Part shown: one piece after another, positions 47,633 through 57,248 of the stretch
Position numbering within the stretch: position 1 is the stretch's first letter
How the letters are laid out: each line of letters begins with the position of its first letter
Origin: Elusimicrobiaceae bacterium
GTDB taxonomy: Bacteria; Elusimicrobiota; Elusimicrobia; Elusimicrobiales; Elusimicrobiaceae
DNA length: 64,000 bases
Assembly: GCA_017525025.1 (NCBI GenBank)
Contig: JAFXUJ010000009.1
Location: forward strand, 51,948-115,947
Direction of reading: 5' to 3'
Notes under the pieces: model-generated
What the model was told of the DNA's origin: nothing
Seen by the model: the letters and a program-made list of their open reading frames with translations, nothing else
Databases searched by the model: none
Made by a program: the position numbers and the translations under genes

Positions 47633-48151
47633 ATGTCCAAAAATTTAATTATTTACTATTCCCGCAAGGGGGAAAATTACTTTAACGGATCTGTTCGCCC
47701 GATAGAAAAAGGAAATACCGAAATTGTAGCAGAGTATATCCAAGGTGCCGTCGGCGGGGATTTGTTTGAAGTGGATACCGTGAGGCCCTATGCCAAAGAT
47801 TATAGTACGTGCATAGAAGAAGCCAAGCAGGAGTTTCATGCCCATGCACGCCCCGAATTAAAAAAATATCTAACCGATATTTCCGGTTATGATAACGTTT
47901 TTGTTTGCGGGCCGTGTTGGTGGGGTACGTATCCCATGGCCGTATTTAGCCAATTGGAAAAATTAAATTTTACCGGTAAAAAAGTGATTGGCCTTATGAC
48001 GCACGAAGGGAGCGGGCTTGGAAATAGCGAGCGTGACCTTAAAAAACAATGCGTGGGGGCGGCTTTTGGCAAAAGTCTGGCCGTACAAGGCGGCAGTGCC
48101 AAAGAAAGTAAGGCGCAAGTGACTGCCTGGGCGCAAGAACAAATTAAATAA
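47633..48151 (+). CDS. Flavodoxin
   Basis: YYSRKGENY, GNTE, ELK......Y, P.WWGT.PM, THEGSG.G. Confidence 0.9.
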   Translation: MSKNLIIYYSRKGENYFNGSVRPIEKGNTEIVAEYIQGAVGGDLFEVDTVRPYAKDYSTCIEEAKQEFHAHARPELKKYLTDISGYDNVFVCGPCWWGTYPMAVFSQLEKLNFTGKKVIGLMTHEGSGLGNSERDLKKQCVGAAFGKSLAVQGGSAKESKAQVTAWAQEQIK

Positions 48152-48164
48152 CTTTATCAAAATA

Positions 48165-48200
48165 AGAGCCCCCTACAGACCGTAGGGGGCTCTCTTTTTT
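48165..48200 (+). terminator. Terminator of the merR-flavodoxin operon
   Basis: Perfect 12-bp AGAGCCCCCTAC / GTAGGGGGCTCT then T-tract. Confidence 0.88.
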
Positions 48201-48294
48201 AAATGATTCATACAGCCCAAACGTATGGTTATACCCCAGGCCAGTTTTTATATAATGTGTTGAAAGCGATACATTGATATTCAGCGAGGAAAAT

Positions 48295-48711
48295 ATGTTT
48301 GCCTATACCAGAAAAGCACAGTACCACGAGACGGACCAAATGGGTATCATTCATCACGCTAACTACGTGAAATGGATGGAGGAAGCCCGCCTGTCGTACC
48401 TGGAGGAATTGGGGTTTGGATATAAGCAAGTAGAAGAAGATAAAATCTTTTCACCTGTGGTTAGCGTGGCGGTGCAGTATAAGTCTCCTGTGGGTTTTGC
48501 CGATGAAATGAAAATTAAAGTGTCTGTAAAAGAGTATACATCCGTTAAGCTGGAGCTTGCTTACGAGTTTTTTAATAAAACAACGAACCAATTATGCGCT
48601 ACGGCATCTTCCGTGCATTGTTTTATTAAAAACGGCAAAATCATTTCTTTAAAAAAAGAATTGCCATCCTTGCACGAAAAACTTTCCGTGCTGGTACTTA
48701 ATAGAGGGTAA
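48295..48711 (+). CDS. Acyl-CoA thioesterase (YbgC/4-HBT hotdog fold)
   Basis: YHETDQMGIIHHANY..W.E.AR, Y.SP..F.D. Confidence 0.9.
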   Translation: MFAYTRKAQYHETDQMGIIHHANYVKWMEEARLSYLEELGFGYKQVEEDKIFSPVVSVAVQYKSPVGFADEMKIKVSVKEYTSVKLELAYEFFNKTTNQLCATASSVHCFIKNGKIISLKKELPSLHEKLSVLVLNRG

Positions 48712-48714
48712 AAT

Positions 48715-49902
48715 ATGAATGCTACATTACATACCAATATTTTAGGAATTGATTTTGAAAATCCGTTTTTGCTCGCTTCCGCCCCGCCGACGGCGCTCAT
48801 TGAAAGCATAGACCAAGCGTTTGAGATGGGATGGGGGGGAGCTGTTCTTAAAACCATTACGCCCGACGATTTGGAAATGAATGAGGCCAGCCCGCGCTAT
48901 GCTGTGCTGACGGATAAAAAGCGTATTATCGGGTTTCAAAACATTGAACTTTTAAGCCATCAAACCGTAAAATACTGGTGCGATGGCATTAAGCAACTAA
49001 AACAAAAATACCCCTCTAAAGTAATCATTGCCAGTATTATGTCGCCGGTGGATAAAGCCGCGTGGCAAAATCTTGTTAAAACCCTCAACAATACGCCGGC
49101 GGATGCATTTGAACTTAATTTTTCCTGCCCGCATGGGATGCCGGAAAAAGGTATTGGAATGGCAATTGGCACGGATGCGGATGTATCCGCGCAAATTACG
49201 GGCTGGGTCAAAGAAGTCTCCCGGAAACCCGTATTTGTAAAACTTTCCCCCAATGTTACGGATATTGCCCAAATCGGCTGCGCCGTGGAAAAGGCCGGGG
49301 CGGATGGGTTAGCCGCCATCAACACCGTACAAGGATTTATGGGATTGGATTTAAATACCTTGCGTCCGTTGTTGGATGTGAAAGGGAAAACTACTTTCGG
49401 CGGTTGTTCCGGCGCGATGGTGCGCCCGATTGGGCTTCGGTGCGTGGCCCAGTTGCGTCAGACCAGTAAGCTGCCTATTTTAGGGCAAGGCGGTATTTCC
49501 TCTTGGGAGGATGCGGCGCAGTATATTGCCGCCGGTTCAAATGCCGTGCAAATCTGTACGGAAGTGATGTTAAACGGTTACAAGATCATCGGTCCCATGT
49601 TAAAAGGATTAAAAACCTACTTGGAAGAAAAAGGATTTGCTGATCTTTCGGCTCTTCAAAACAAAGCGGTGGCGCAGATTACCGCACACGAAGCCCTGCC
49701 CAAAAATCCGCTTACTTATCCGCATATAGATCACGAAAAGTGCGGCCGTTGCAGCAAATGCATTACGATTTGTAGTGAGTCGGAACATCAAGCGCTACGC
49801 TTGGATGACGGCTATATTGTGCTAGATAAAAAGCATTGTGTGGGATGCGGACTTTGCCGTTATGTCTGCCCGGCGGGAGCCATTACTGCCGCTGGGAAGT
49901 AG
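48715..49902 (+). CDS. preA: Dihydropyrimidine dehydrogenase subunit PreA
   Basis: NPF.LASAPP, GWGG.V.KT, ELNFSCPHGM.E.G.G, KL.PNVTDI, C-terminal 2x CxxCxxCxxxC. Confidence 0.9.
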   Translation: MNATLHTNILGIDFENPFLLASAPPTALIESIDQAFEMGWGGAVLKTITPDDLEMNEASPRYAVLTDKKRIIGFQNIELLSHQTVKYWCDGIKQLKQKYPSKVIIASIMSPVDKAAWQNLVKTLNNTPADAFELNFSCPHGMPEKGIGMAIGTDADVSAQITGWVKEVSRKPVFVKLSPNVTDIAQIGCAVEKAGADGLAAINTVQGFMGLDLNTLRPLLDVKGKTTFGGCSGAMVRPIGLRCVAQLRQTSKLPILGQGGISSWEDAAQYIAAGSNAVQICTEVMLNGYKIIGPMLKGLKTYLEEKGFADLSALQNKAVAQITAHEALPKNPLTYPHIDHEKCGRCSKCITICSESEHQALRLDDGYIVLDKKHCVGCGLCRYVCPAGAITAAGK

Positions 49903-49913
49903 AAACTGCGCTT

Positions 49914-50225
49914 ATGCCGTCCAGCAAGGAATATTTGAATTTTATATTGGAGCAACTTTCCTGCGTGCCGGAAGTAACTTGCCGCGCCATGATGGGAGAG
50001 TATGTTGTATATTACCGGGGCAAAGTAATCGGCGGTATTTATGATAATCATTTTCTTGTAAAAGCTGCGAAATCAGCCCTTGCCCTTATGCCGCACGCGG
50101 ATAAAGAACTGCCCTACGAAGGCGCCAAAGAAATGCTGCTGGTGGATAAGGTAGAGGACAAAGAGTTTCTGCGTCGGTTATTAGAAACTATGTACAAAGA
50201 CTTACCCTCGCCTAAAAGGAAATAA
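49914..50225 (+). CDS. TfoX/Sxy N-terminal domain protein
   Basis: M.SSKEYL.FILEQLS......R.MMGEY..YY.GK..GGIYD...LVK. Confidence 0.88.
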   Translation: MPSSKEYLNFILEQLSCVPEVTCRAMMGEYVVYYRGKVIGGIYDNHFLVKAAKSALALMPHADKELPYEGAKEMLLVDKVEDKEFLRRLLETMYKDLPSPKRK

Positions 50226-50226
50226 T

Positions 50227-50781
50227 ATGCGGAAAGGAAAATTAGAAAAAGCATTTACGTATTTTGAATCCGGCGCTGTGTTGTTGGTAACCTCGCACGA
50301 CCGTCAAAAAGATAACGTGATGACTATTTCGTGGCAGATGGTGCTTGATTTTACGCCGAAGATCGCCATTTGCACGGGCCCTTGGAATGATTCTTTTGAT
50401 GCCATTATCCGCAGCAAACAATGCGTCCTGTGTGTGCCCACGGTAGATATGCTGGATAAAGTGGTTGGTATCGGCACGGTACATGCGTCCGAGTGTGATA
50501 AATTCAAGCATTTTGACCTTAAAAAGCAAAAACCCGCCAAAGTAAAGGCCCCGCTGATTGGAGATTGTTTAGCTGCCCTGGAATGTAAAGTGGTGGATTA
50601 TGTGGAAGCGCACGGGATATTGGTTTTAGACGGGGTGCAACTGTGGGAAAACATGCTTAAAAAAGAGCGCCGCGTCCTTCACGCTAACGGAGACGGCACA
50701 TTTTTTGCCGACGGCGAATTTTATAATCGTCGCAAGGAAATGAAATCCCGCCTGCCCGAAGGCGTAAAAAGGTTTAAATAA
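50227..50781 (+). CDS. Flavin reductase-like FMN-binding protein
   Basis: NVMTISW, VGIG......DKF..F.L......V.APLI..C.A.LEC.V. Confidence 0.87.
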   Translation: MRKGKLEKAFTYFESGAVLLVTSHDRQKDNVMTISWQMVLDFTPKIAICTGPWNDSFDAIIRSKQCVLCVPTVDMLDKVVGIGTVHASECDKFKHFDLKKQKPAKVKAPLIGDCLAALECKVVDYVEAHGILVLDGVQLWENMLKKERRVLHANGDGTFFADGEFYNRRKEMKSRLPEGVKRFK

Positions 50782-51406
50782 GAGCCTTAATCTCTTTTTT
50801 TACTTTGGCTAAATTACTACAAGATAAGAGCGGAATAAGCGCATTTATTTCTTCTATGCTTTTATCCCACCATTTTAGTTTAAGTAACAAATTCGTCAAC
50901 TCATCATCAAATCGTTTTTTTGTAACTTTGCACGGATTACCGACCACTATGGTGTATGGTGGGATATCTTTGGCAACAACGGAGTTCGCACCAATAATGG
51001 CCCCATCACCGATATGCACACCGGGAAGTATCGTAACGTTCTGTCCGATCCATACATCATTACCTACTATTGTATCGCCTTTGAGAGGCATATCTTTTGT
51101 GGAAGGAATAGGTTGCTCCCACGTGCCAAAAATATAAAAGGGATACGTGGAAACGCAGTTCATTTGGTGATTGGCACCGTTCATTACAAACTCTACTCCG
51201 GCCGCTATTTGGCAGAATTTACCGATAAATAGTTTATCACCGATAAAATCATAATGGTGTGTAACGTGTTTTTCAAAGTCCGTATCGGCAAAATAGGTGA
51301 AATCGCCTACCACGATGTTCGGGTTTTTAATCGTAGGTTTGATATAGGTTATGGTTTTGATGTTCGGTATCGGGAACACCATATCGGGGTTCGGTATGTT
51401 TTCCAT
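50774..51406 (-). CDS. Vat/CatB-family hexapeptide O-acetyltransferase (streptogramin A acetyltransferase-like)
   Basis: [47 protein letters not shown]. Confidence 0.88.
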   Translation of the reverse strand: MENIPNPDMVFPIPNIKTITYIKPTIKNPNIVVGDFTYFADTDFEKHVTHHYDFIGDKLFIGKFCQIAAGVEFVMNGANHQMNCVSTYPFYIFGTWEQPIPSTKDMPLKGDTIVGNDVWIGQNVTILPGVHIGDGAIIGANSVVAKDIPPYTIVVGNPCKVTKKRFDDELTNLLLKLKWWDKSIEEINALIPLLSCSNLAKVKKEIKALI

Positions 51407-51432
51407 AATTTCATTATACAATGTTCATAGGA

Positions 51433-51462
51433 TTTTAGTGTCCAAAAGCAGGTAGATTAGCA
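51433..51462 (+). repeat. Boundary repeat, diverged copy
   Basis: TTTTAGTGTCCAAAAGCAGGTAGATTAGCA, similar to the 56655 and 57953 copies. Confidence 0.7.
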
Positions 51463-51612
51463 CTATTTCAAAATGTCAATTTCTTTCTGTAAATTTGCGC
51501 AGGATTTGCCAGCCCATTTTGGGGCTTTTTTTCTTCATAAATCGGTTAGAATATTGTACAATGATGTATAAGTGAGATTTTTGAATAAAGATTTGAATTT
51601 ATCAATAAAAAC

Positions 51613-54600
51613 ATGCGTAAAGATTTTAAACAAATTATAAGCGAAGTGAAAAGGTTATTAGCCCTACTGATAACTGTCCAAATGATTTGTTGGCACAGTG
51701 TGAATATTGCGTGGGGTGCGGAATATGATTCGCTTATAGATGCAATACAAGCAACAACTACCCCGCGGACATATACACTTGATGGAAATGAAACCTCTTC
51801 AACTGCCCTGGGAAATATCGGAGGATGGAATTCTGTTCTTACCATAGATGGCGGAGAGGGGCATTACGGAATAAATAATACTTCAACGGCAACCGATACA
51901 AGACTTTTCGTAGGCAAAAACCAGACGTTTTACTTGCAGAATCTTGGAACTTATACCACAACTACTTCCAGCTCCATTGTTGAAGGAGTGGATATCATTA
52001 CGGAAGTTACCGTAGGAAATTCCATAAATAATTTTGGAAAAACGAGTGACAGAGTGGGATTTCTCAGATCTGCGGGAACTTCACACATTTCTAATTCTGT
52101 CTTTTATAATAACCGCGGTAGATATGGTGTAGTACAAAATAGAGAACAAGGAACCATGTCCATAACAGGTTCTGTTTTTGCTAATAACAATGTGCCACAG
52201 GGTGCTGTTCATAACGATGGCACAAATAGAATGACTGAAATATCGGATTCTATATTTTATAATAATACCGCCGTCACCCAGACTTCCGGGGATACCGACT
52301 TGCGAAATCGCAGCGCCAGTGCTATTTTTAATAAACCAGATAGGACGATAGACATCATATCCGGTTCTCAATTTATCGGTAATACTACCATCTCTACTGC
52401 CGATGGCCAGCAAACCGGAACAATATATAATAATGGCGGAACAATTGGCGAAATATCAAATTCTGTATTTTATAATAATAGTAATCAAAGCGGATCTGTC
52501 ATACATAATGTAAGCAGCACTACAGCCGCAGGTGTATTAAACAACGGTACAATAACAACGATATCCAATTCAGTATTTGTTCAAAATACTTCTGTAGGAT
52601 CCGGTGCCGCAATATCCAATACAAGTGATTCAATCATAGGAGCCATAACCGATTCTCTCTTTATTTCTAATACCGCGACAGCCAACGGCGGTGCAATTTA
52701 TAATGAAGGTGATATTGCTGCATTAGCAGGTACTTTTACATCTAACAGTGCCGACTCGAACGGCGGTGCAATTTATAATACCGGAACGGTAACAATCACA
52801 TCATCCGATGGTGCTAATACAACCTTCACCGGTAATACGGCAAACGGAGTTTCAAATGCTTTGTATAATACCGGAACTGTGAATATGAATGCCGGGACGG
52901 ATAGTTCAATTATTTTTAATGATAAAATAACAGGTTCCGACGGTGTAATTACTCTTGGTGGGGCGGGTGTAGTTGAATTTAACGAAACCGTAGCGGGAAA
53001 TGGCGTTACATTAAATTCGGGCACACTCAAATTAGGCTTGGCGGACAGTTTGCAAGATGCCACGAGCTTTACTGTAAACGGCGGAACATTAGATTTGCGT
53101 AACAACGAAGTCCATACTTATCAATTGGGCCAAAGCACCTCCATCGGCGGTACAGTGGGATTGGCCATAGATGCTGATTTGGCCGGTGCAACTCCGGTAG
53201 CTGATATGATTACAGCGGCCGGTGAAGTTACCGGTTCGGGCAGTTTTGTTTTTTCAGCAGCTAATATCAATGTCATGAGTTATGCCGATGAACAAACTCC
53301 TTTTTGGGTACAGGTAACGGATGAGAATTTACGAAATTATGCCGGCTTAGGTTCAAATGCCAATATACATATAACAGATAACGAACCGGAAGGTTACTTT
53401 ATAACCTATGAAACATCACACGATGGTGTAGACGCCGGTTTCCTTAGATTTGAACATGATACATTAGCTAATGCGATAGCGTCGTCCGTTGAAGAAAAAG
53501 CCTATACCATGGGAACGGATGAGACCTTAATCAATACTCCGGCGCTAGGTGGTGATTCGCTAACTGTAAACGGAAACAGCCAAGGTCATTCAATAACAGG
53601 TAATGGCGGTGCAGGGTTAGCGGTCGGTAATGGTCAAACCTTATCGTTAAATAATATAGGTGTAGATAGTGAAGGCAATGTAACCGGAGCCGGACTTAAC
53701 AATTTTAATACTGCCGTATCAAATGATGCAAACGGAACCGCCAATATCTATCATGCGACGTTTAGTAATAATACTACGGATATTGATAATAATGGCGTAG
53801 CCAATATGTCCGGAACCGTTATATTTGATAATGCCCAAGGAGACGGTACCTTAAATATAGCAAAAGATAGCGACGGAAATTCCTCTGCCGTAACGGTGAA
53901 TAATAGTTTAGAACAAAACAACATCAATGTAGAAAGCGCAAATACGTTGACCAATGATAACGCGACCATTACCGTGAACGCTGCCTTGGATAACGCCGGA
54001 ACGATAGCCGGTACCGGGACGAGTGTGCTTGTAATCAATGGGAATTCCGGCAATAGCGGTACGATTGACCAAGGAATATTGGTAACCGCCGCGAGCGCCA
54101 CATTAACCAATACTGGCGCCCTCACCGTGCAAACTACATTAACAAACAGTGGGACGATTGCAAATAATAACGATTTAACGTTAGCGGGTAGTGATATAAC
54201 TAATGCCGGAACGGTAAACGGCACCGGAACGACTTATGTCACAGGCAATGTAACCAATAAAGGAACCATTTCTCAGAACGGAATACAAATATCTAGCGGT
54301 CAAACGTTAACCAATGATAGTGGCGCTACTATTACTACAACGGATACAGCTGCCGATGCGGGATTCCAAAACAACGGAACCGTATTAAATGATGGCGCTA
54401 TTTCGGTTGCCGGCGGTAGCAATGCGGGCTCCATTACCGGAAACGGTACATTTGCAAACAGCGGAGATTTCACAAATAGTGATTATATTGAGCAGGATAC
54501 TGTTACTAATAGCGGAACAATTACTACCGATTCAGAGAATTTAGTAGCTGCGAACGGAATTACCAATAACGGTACTTTGGTATATAATGCCGGAAGTCAA

Positions 54601-56595
54601 ACCGTTAGTGATATTACGGGTGATGGTAGTGATAACTCCCATATTGAGTTAAGAACAAATGATTCGTTTACCATTGATAATACGATTGCAAACACGTCTA
54701 TTGACTTGTATGATTCAACCTTGACATTCGGTAGCAACGGCAATATTTCGGGAATCACAGCGTTGAATGTCAACGGCGGCGGGCTGAATGTATTAGACGG
54801 AACCATTACCTCTACCGATCTTGGAACCGTTAATTTGAATGATGAGGCCACCTTGGCAATAGATTTTGACTTGAGTACTTTAACTTCTGATTCATTTAAT
54901 GCGGTTGTTAATAATAATGGCGGCCTGTTCAATATAAATCAAGTTAATCTGCTTGGCACAATAACTGCGGATTATGTCAACATCAATCTAGGGGATGCAA
55001 CCGGCTTAGGACAGGAAAATGTAACTTCTGCAACCATTGAGTTGCCCTCCGTTATGACTCCTATTCGCAGAATTAACGGACGCATAGAAGATGGTTGGTT
55101 AACCTACGAAGGGACCGGCACGGATATAGATGATTTCAATCCGGCCGTGTTGGCCACTCCGGTGGTTGCACAAGTCGGCATGCACACCATGCTCAATAAT
55201 ACATTCCACCATGCTTATGAGCATGCGGATTGGTACACCAAATTTTCTGCGCAAGAAAGAGCCGCTATACTGGACGGAAACCGCAATGCAACGAATAATG
55301 TTGCGAATGGCGGCTATCAGGATAAGTCAAATTTGCGCGATTCATATAAAGCCAATGCGGCCATATGGTTTAAATCGTATGCTACTTTTGAGGATATCCC
55401 ATTACGGCCGGGACCGAAAGTGGATGTCAATTCGTACGGGTCCTTGGTAGGAGTTGATTCCGATTTCCAAGATTGGGGGCGCGAATGGTATGGTGTGACC
55501 ACCGGTTATGTCGGATATAACGGCGCGCAGATTGATTATCCGGAGGTTAAAGCCTCTATGGATGGGGGATTGGTTGGTGTAACCCAAACCTTCTACAAAA
55601 ACAATTTTTGGACAGGAGTTACCGCCAATGTGGGGGCCGATTTTGTAAACACACGAACCATGTACGGGCGTGAAAATTCCTCCCTATTTTCAACGGGGTT
55701 AGGTACTCAAACCGGTTATAATATTGAGTTGGGTGCCGGCAACTTTATCCTTCAGCCTATTTGGTTCATGAACTATGGTATGATCAAGACGTTTGATTAT
55801 ACGAATGCTGCCGGGGTTAAAATTGATCCCAAGCCGTTACATACCATCCAATTGAATCCAACCTTGAGACTCGTAGGGAATGTAAAGGGCTGGCAACCGT
55901 ATGCCTCTGTCGGAATGGTTTGGAACTTAATGGATAAGACCGATGTAATGGCAGATTCTGTAAAATTGCCGGAGATAAGCGTTAAACCGTATGTGCGCTA
56001 TGATGTGGGGGTACAAAAAGCCATTGGCAACAGATTTACCGGATTTATACAAGCCGCGGGCTATAATGGCGGAAGAAACGGCATAAATATCGCCGGTGGT
56101 TTGCGTTGGGCTTTTGGCAAAGGCGGTAAAAATACGGAAACGGTTAAAGGGAATAATGGTTCCGGGAGTGCTATAGAAAGTCAAAATAACCTAGAACCGG
56201 AAACCGTAGAACCGGTTGTAGCCGTGCAGACGCCCGATGTAAAACAAGAAACCGGCAAGGCCGAGACACCTGTTGTAAATGTACAAAAAACCGGTAATTC
56301 GCAACCAAATGGTAAAACAGAAGTACCGGCCGTTAATACGCAGGATCTTGCCAAAGAACAAAAAACTGCTCAAACCGAAGGAGCGGTTGCCGAGGTCCAG
56401 CCTATTGATAAAGGCCACATAGATACTCCGGCCGAAGAATCGGTTACAAATGCGCCGAACGTTAAGGATGTTCGGAAAGAGGCGCAATCTGAAAAATCCG
56501 GCGCAAAGACGGAAGAAAATAATAATTTAGCAATGGCTATTGCTATTGGTGCCGTTCTGCTACTTCTTGTATTCTTGCTTACCCGCAAATGGTAA
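51613..56595 (+). CDS. Large autotransporter-like surface protein with Pmp-type GGAI repeats, putative beta-barrel, and C-terminal linker plus TM anchor
   Basis: Signal peptide; Asn/Thr/Gly-rich beta-helix repeats (F..N.....GGAIYN); barrel-like region ending GGLRWAF (56115); then 159 aa ending LAMAIAIGAVLLLLVFLL-TRKW. Confidence 0.8.
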   Translation: MRKDFKQIISEVKRLLALLITVQMICWHSVNIAWGAEYDSLIDAIQATTTPRTYTLDGNETSSTALGNIGGWNSVLTIDGGEGHYGINNTSTATDTRLFVGKNQTFYLQNLGTYTTTTSSSIVEGVDIITEVTVGNSINNFGKTSDRVGFLRSAGTSHISNSVFYNNRGRYGVVQNREQGTMSITGSVFANNNVPQGAVHNDGTNRMTEISDSIFYNNTAVTQTSGDTDLRNRSASAIFNKPDRTIDIISGSQFIGNTTISTADGQQTGTIYNNGGTIGEISNSVFYNNSNQSGSVIHNVSSTTAAGVLNNGTITTISNSVFVQNTSVGSGAAISNTSDSIIGAITDSLFISNTATANGGAIYNEGDIAALAGTFTSNSADSNGGAIYNTGTVTITSSDGANTTFTGNTANGVSNALYNTGTVNMNAGTDSSIIFNDKITGSDGVITLGGAGVVEFNETVAGNGVTLNSGTLKLGLADSLQDATSFTVNGGTLDLRNNEVHTYQLGQSTSIGGTVGLAIDADLAGATPVADMITAAGEVTGSGSFVFSAANINVMSYADEQTPFWVQVTDENLRNYAGLGSNANIHITDNEPEGYFITYETSHDGVDAGFLRFEHDTLANAIASSVEEKAYTMGTDETLINTPALGGDSLTVNGNSQGHSITGNGGAGLAVGNGQTLSLNNIGVDSEGNVTGAGLNNFNTAVSNDANGTANIYHATFSNNTTDIDNNGVANMSGTVIFDNAQGDGTLNIAKDSDGNSSAVTVNNSLEQNNINVESANTLTNDNATITVNAALDNAGTIAGTGTSVLVINGNSGNSGTIDQGILVTAASATLTNTGALTVQTTLTNSGTIANNNDLTLAGSDITNAGTVNGTGTTYVTGNVTNKGTISQNGIQISSGQTLTNDSGATITTTDTAADAGFQNNGTVLNDGAISVAGGSNAGSITGNGTFANSGDFTNSDYIEQDTVTNSGTITTDSENLVAANGITNNGTLVYNAGSQTVSDITGDGSDNSHIELRTNDSFTIDNTIANTSIDLYDSTLTFGSNGNISGITALNVNGGGLNVLDGTITSTDLGTVNLNDEATLAIDFDLSTLTSDSFNAVVNNNGGLFNINQVNLLGTITADYVNINLGDATGLGQENVTSATIELPSVMTPIRRINGRIEDGWLTYEGTGTDIDDFNPAVLATPVVAQVGMHTMLNNTFHHAYEHADWYTKFSAQERAAILDGNRNATNNVANGGYQDKSNLRDSYKANAAIWFKSYATFEDIPLRPGPKVDVNSYGSLVGVDSDFQDWGREWYGVTTGYVGYNGAQIDYPEVKASMDGGLVGVTQTFYKNNFWTGVTANVGADFVNTRTMYGRENSSLFSTGLGTQTGYNIELGAGNFILQPIWFMNYGMIKTFDYTNAAGVKIDPKPLHTIQLNPTLRLVGNVKGWQPYASVGMVWNLMDKTDVMADSVKLPEISVKPYVRYDVGVQKAIGNRFTGFIQAAGYNGGRNGINIAGGLRWAFGKGGKNTETVKGNNGSGSAIESQNNLEPETVEPVVAVQTPDVKQETGKAETPVVNVQKTGNSQPNGKTEVPAVNTQDLAKEQKTAQTEGAVAEVQPIDKGHIDTPAEESVTNAPNVKDVRKEAQSEKSGAKTEENNNLAMAIAIGAVLLLLVFLLTRKW

Positions 56596-56628
56596 AATAA
56601 GTGCGGTAGATATCTATTTGGACGCAAT

Positions 56629-56662
56629 AAAAAGCCCCTTACTTGAGTGTAGGGGGCTTTTT
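56629..56662 (+). terminator. Terminator after the autotransporter-like gene
   Basis: AAAAAGCCCCTTAC / GTAGGGGGCTTTTT; part of a longer imperfect palindrome at 56607-56680. Confidence 0.85.
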
Positions 56663-56691
56663 AGTGTCTAAAAGTATGTAGGTTGGCATAA
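56655..56691 (+). repeat. Boundary repeat copy A (37 bp)
   Basis: GGCTTTTTAGTGTCTAAAAGTATGTAGGTTGGCATAA; 35/37 identical to 57953-57989. Confidence 0.9.
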
Positions 56692-56741
56692 AAAAATGGG
56701 CATTGTATCGTATAATTGCTACAATGGTTCAGGAGGAATAT

Positions 56742-57167
56742 ATGACAGTATCTACGAACTACATAGAACGCAACCTAAAAATTATGAAACAATTTGAGCA
56801 AGTTATCAATACTGCCGACGAAACAAAAGCCGAGCAGTTAATTGCGCCGGACGCCCCGTTTATCACGCCTGCCAGCCCTACGCCTTTGTATGGCGGAAAA
56901 GGATACCTGTCTTTGGTGCATTGGCTACGTAAGTCGTTCCCGGATGTGCAGTGGTACGCATTAGACATGGTAGCACAGGATAACAAGGTGGCCGTTTTGT
57001 GGGAGTGCACAGGCACGCACAAGGGCGACTTTATGGGTATCCCCGCTACACAAAAGAGTTTTAAAACTACGTTTATGAACTTTTATTATTTCAACGAGAA
57101 AGGTCAAATTACCAAAGATATCGCCGGCGTTGGTATGATTGGTATTATCCAAGCCCTAAAAGCATAA
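56742..57167 (+). CDS. SnoaL-like ester cyclase family protein
   Basis: SD AGGAGG; R..FPD.......MVA..NKVAV.W...GTH.G.F.GIPAT. Confidence 0.88.
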   Translation: MTVSTNYIERNLKIMKQFEQVINTADETKAEQLIAPDAPFITPASPTPLYGGKGYLSLVHWLRKSFPDVQWYALDMVAQDNKVAVLWECTGTHKGDFMGIPATQKSFKTTFMNFYYFNEKGQITKDIAGVGMIGIIQALKA

Positions 57168-57188
57168 GCGTGTCTGTTTAGAAACTTT

Positions 57189-57218
57189 AGCCCCTTACAT
57201 ATCGTAAGGGGCTTTTTT
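57189..57218. terminator. Bidirectional terminator
   Basis: AGCCCCTTAC / GTAAGGGGCT perfect stem between convergent genes. Confidence 0.82.
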
Positions 57219-57248
57219 AGTTATTATATTCATATTTTACGGTAGATA

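Noticed and set aside
56607-56691. Bulged palindrome ending near GTTGGCA as an integron attC site
   Set aside because: No RYYYAAC inverse core at the left end, the right end deviates from GTTRRRY, and there is no intI gene in the window
56681-56710. GGTTGGCATAA resembles the XerC arm of dif (GGTGCGCATAA)
   Set aside because: No XerD-like arm (TTATGTTAAAT) 6 bp downstream in either copy, so it is not a dif/pdif site
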